Shown: positions 63,640 through 64,000 of the stretch, piece by piece
Position numbering within the stretch: the stretch's first letter is position 1
How the letters are laid out: every line of letters begins with the position of its first letter
DNA from: Chiloscyllium plagiosum
Lineage: Eukaryota
Assembly: GCF_004010195.1 (NCBI RefSeq)
Contig: NC_057720.1
Coordinates: forward strand, 9,806,385 to 9,870,384
Length of the DNA: 64,000 nt
Direction of reading: 5' to 3'
Program-made: the position numbers and the translations under genes
The notes under the pieces: model-generated
What the model saw: only the letters and a program-made list of their open reading frames with translations
Told to the model about the DNA's origin: nothing
Database searches by the model: none

Positions 63640-64000
63640 TTTATTGGTCAATGCATTGAGTATAAGAGTTGGGACTTTATCCATTCAGGGATATTAGTGA
63701 GGCTTCTTTCAGAATACTGCGTGCAATTCTGGTTGTCCTTCCAAAGGAAGGATGTTGTTAAACTTGAGAAGGTGCAGAAAAGATTTACAAGGAGGTTGCC
63801 AGAACTGGAGGGTTGGAGTTATGGGGAGAGGCTGGATAAGCTGGGGCTTTTTACCCTGGAGTGTCAGTGGCTGAGGGGTGACCTTATAGAGGCTTATAAA
63901 ATCTTGAGAGGCATGGATAGGGTAAATAGCCAAGGTCTTTTTGGAAGGGGTCCAAAACTAGAGGACATAGGTTTAAGGTGAGAGGGGAAAGATAAAGAAA
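63640..64000 (+). mobile_element. CR1 3' fragment (runs off window)
   Basis: EYCVQFW...LEKVQKRFTRRLP...LRGDLIEAYKILRG. Confidence 0.9.

Overview
Vertebrate genomic DNA, very probably a shark or other cartilaginous fish (inferred from dense HE1-type V-SINEs and CR1 LINEs). The window holds nine consecutive + strand coding exons (452-61578) of ADGRL4/ELTD1, an adhesion GPCR. They cover the GAIN domain, the GPS site ([11 protein letters not shown]) and TM1-TM5/ICL3, with GT-AG splice sites and matching phases; the gene runs off both ends of the window. The introns are full of CR1 LINEs, tRNA-derived SINEs, Penelope-derived inverted repeats with hammerhead-like cores, Rex1/Tx1 fragments and a Tigger-like MITE. 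The main find is in the 31-kb intron 30363-61486: an antisense class I (gamma-like, HERV-I/IP-like) endogenous retrovirus at 38386-45828. It has two 603-bp LTRs (about 96.5% identical by hand count), a TTCA target-site duplication, a tRNA-Pro-like PBS, a PPT and a full-span but disrupted env. Its gag-pro-pol is deleted and scrambled and appears to carry gag pieces from two different parental viruses. Nearby are a 1.5-kb 24-bp minisatellite and a perfect 96-bp inverted duplication inside an old LINE. An assembly gap (40880-41833) lies inside the provirus. Repeat family names come from recall of consensus motifs, not from a database search, and repeat boundaries are approximate.
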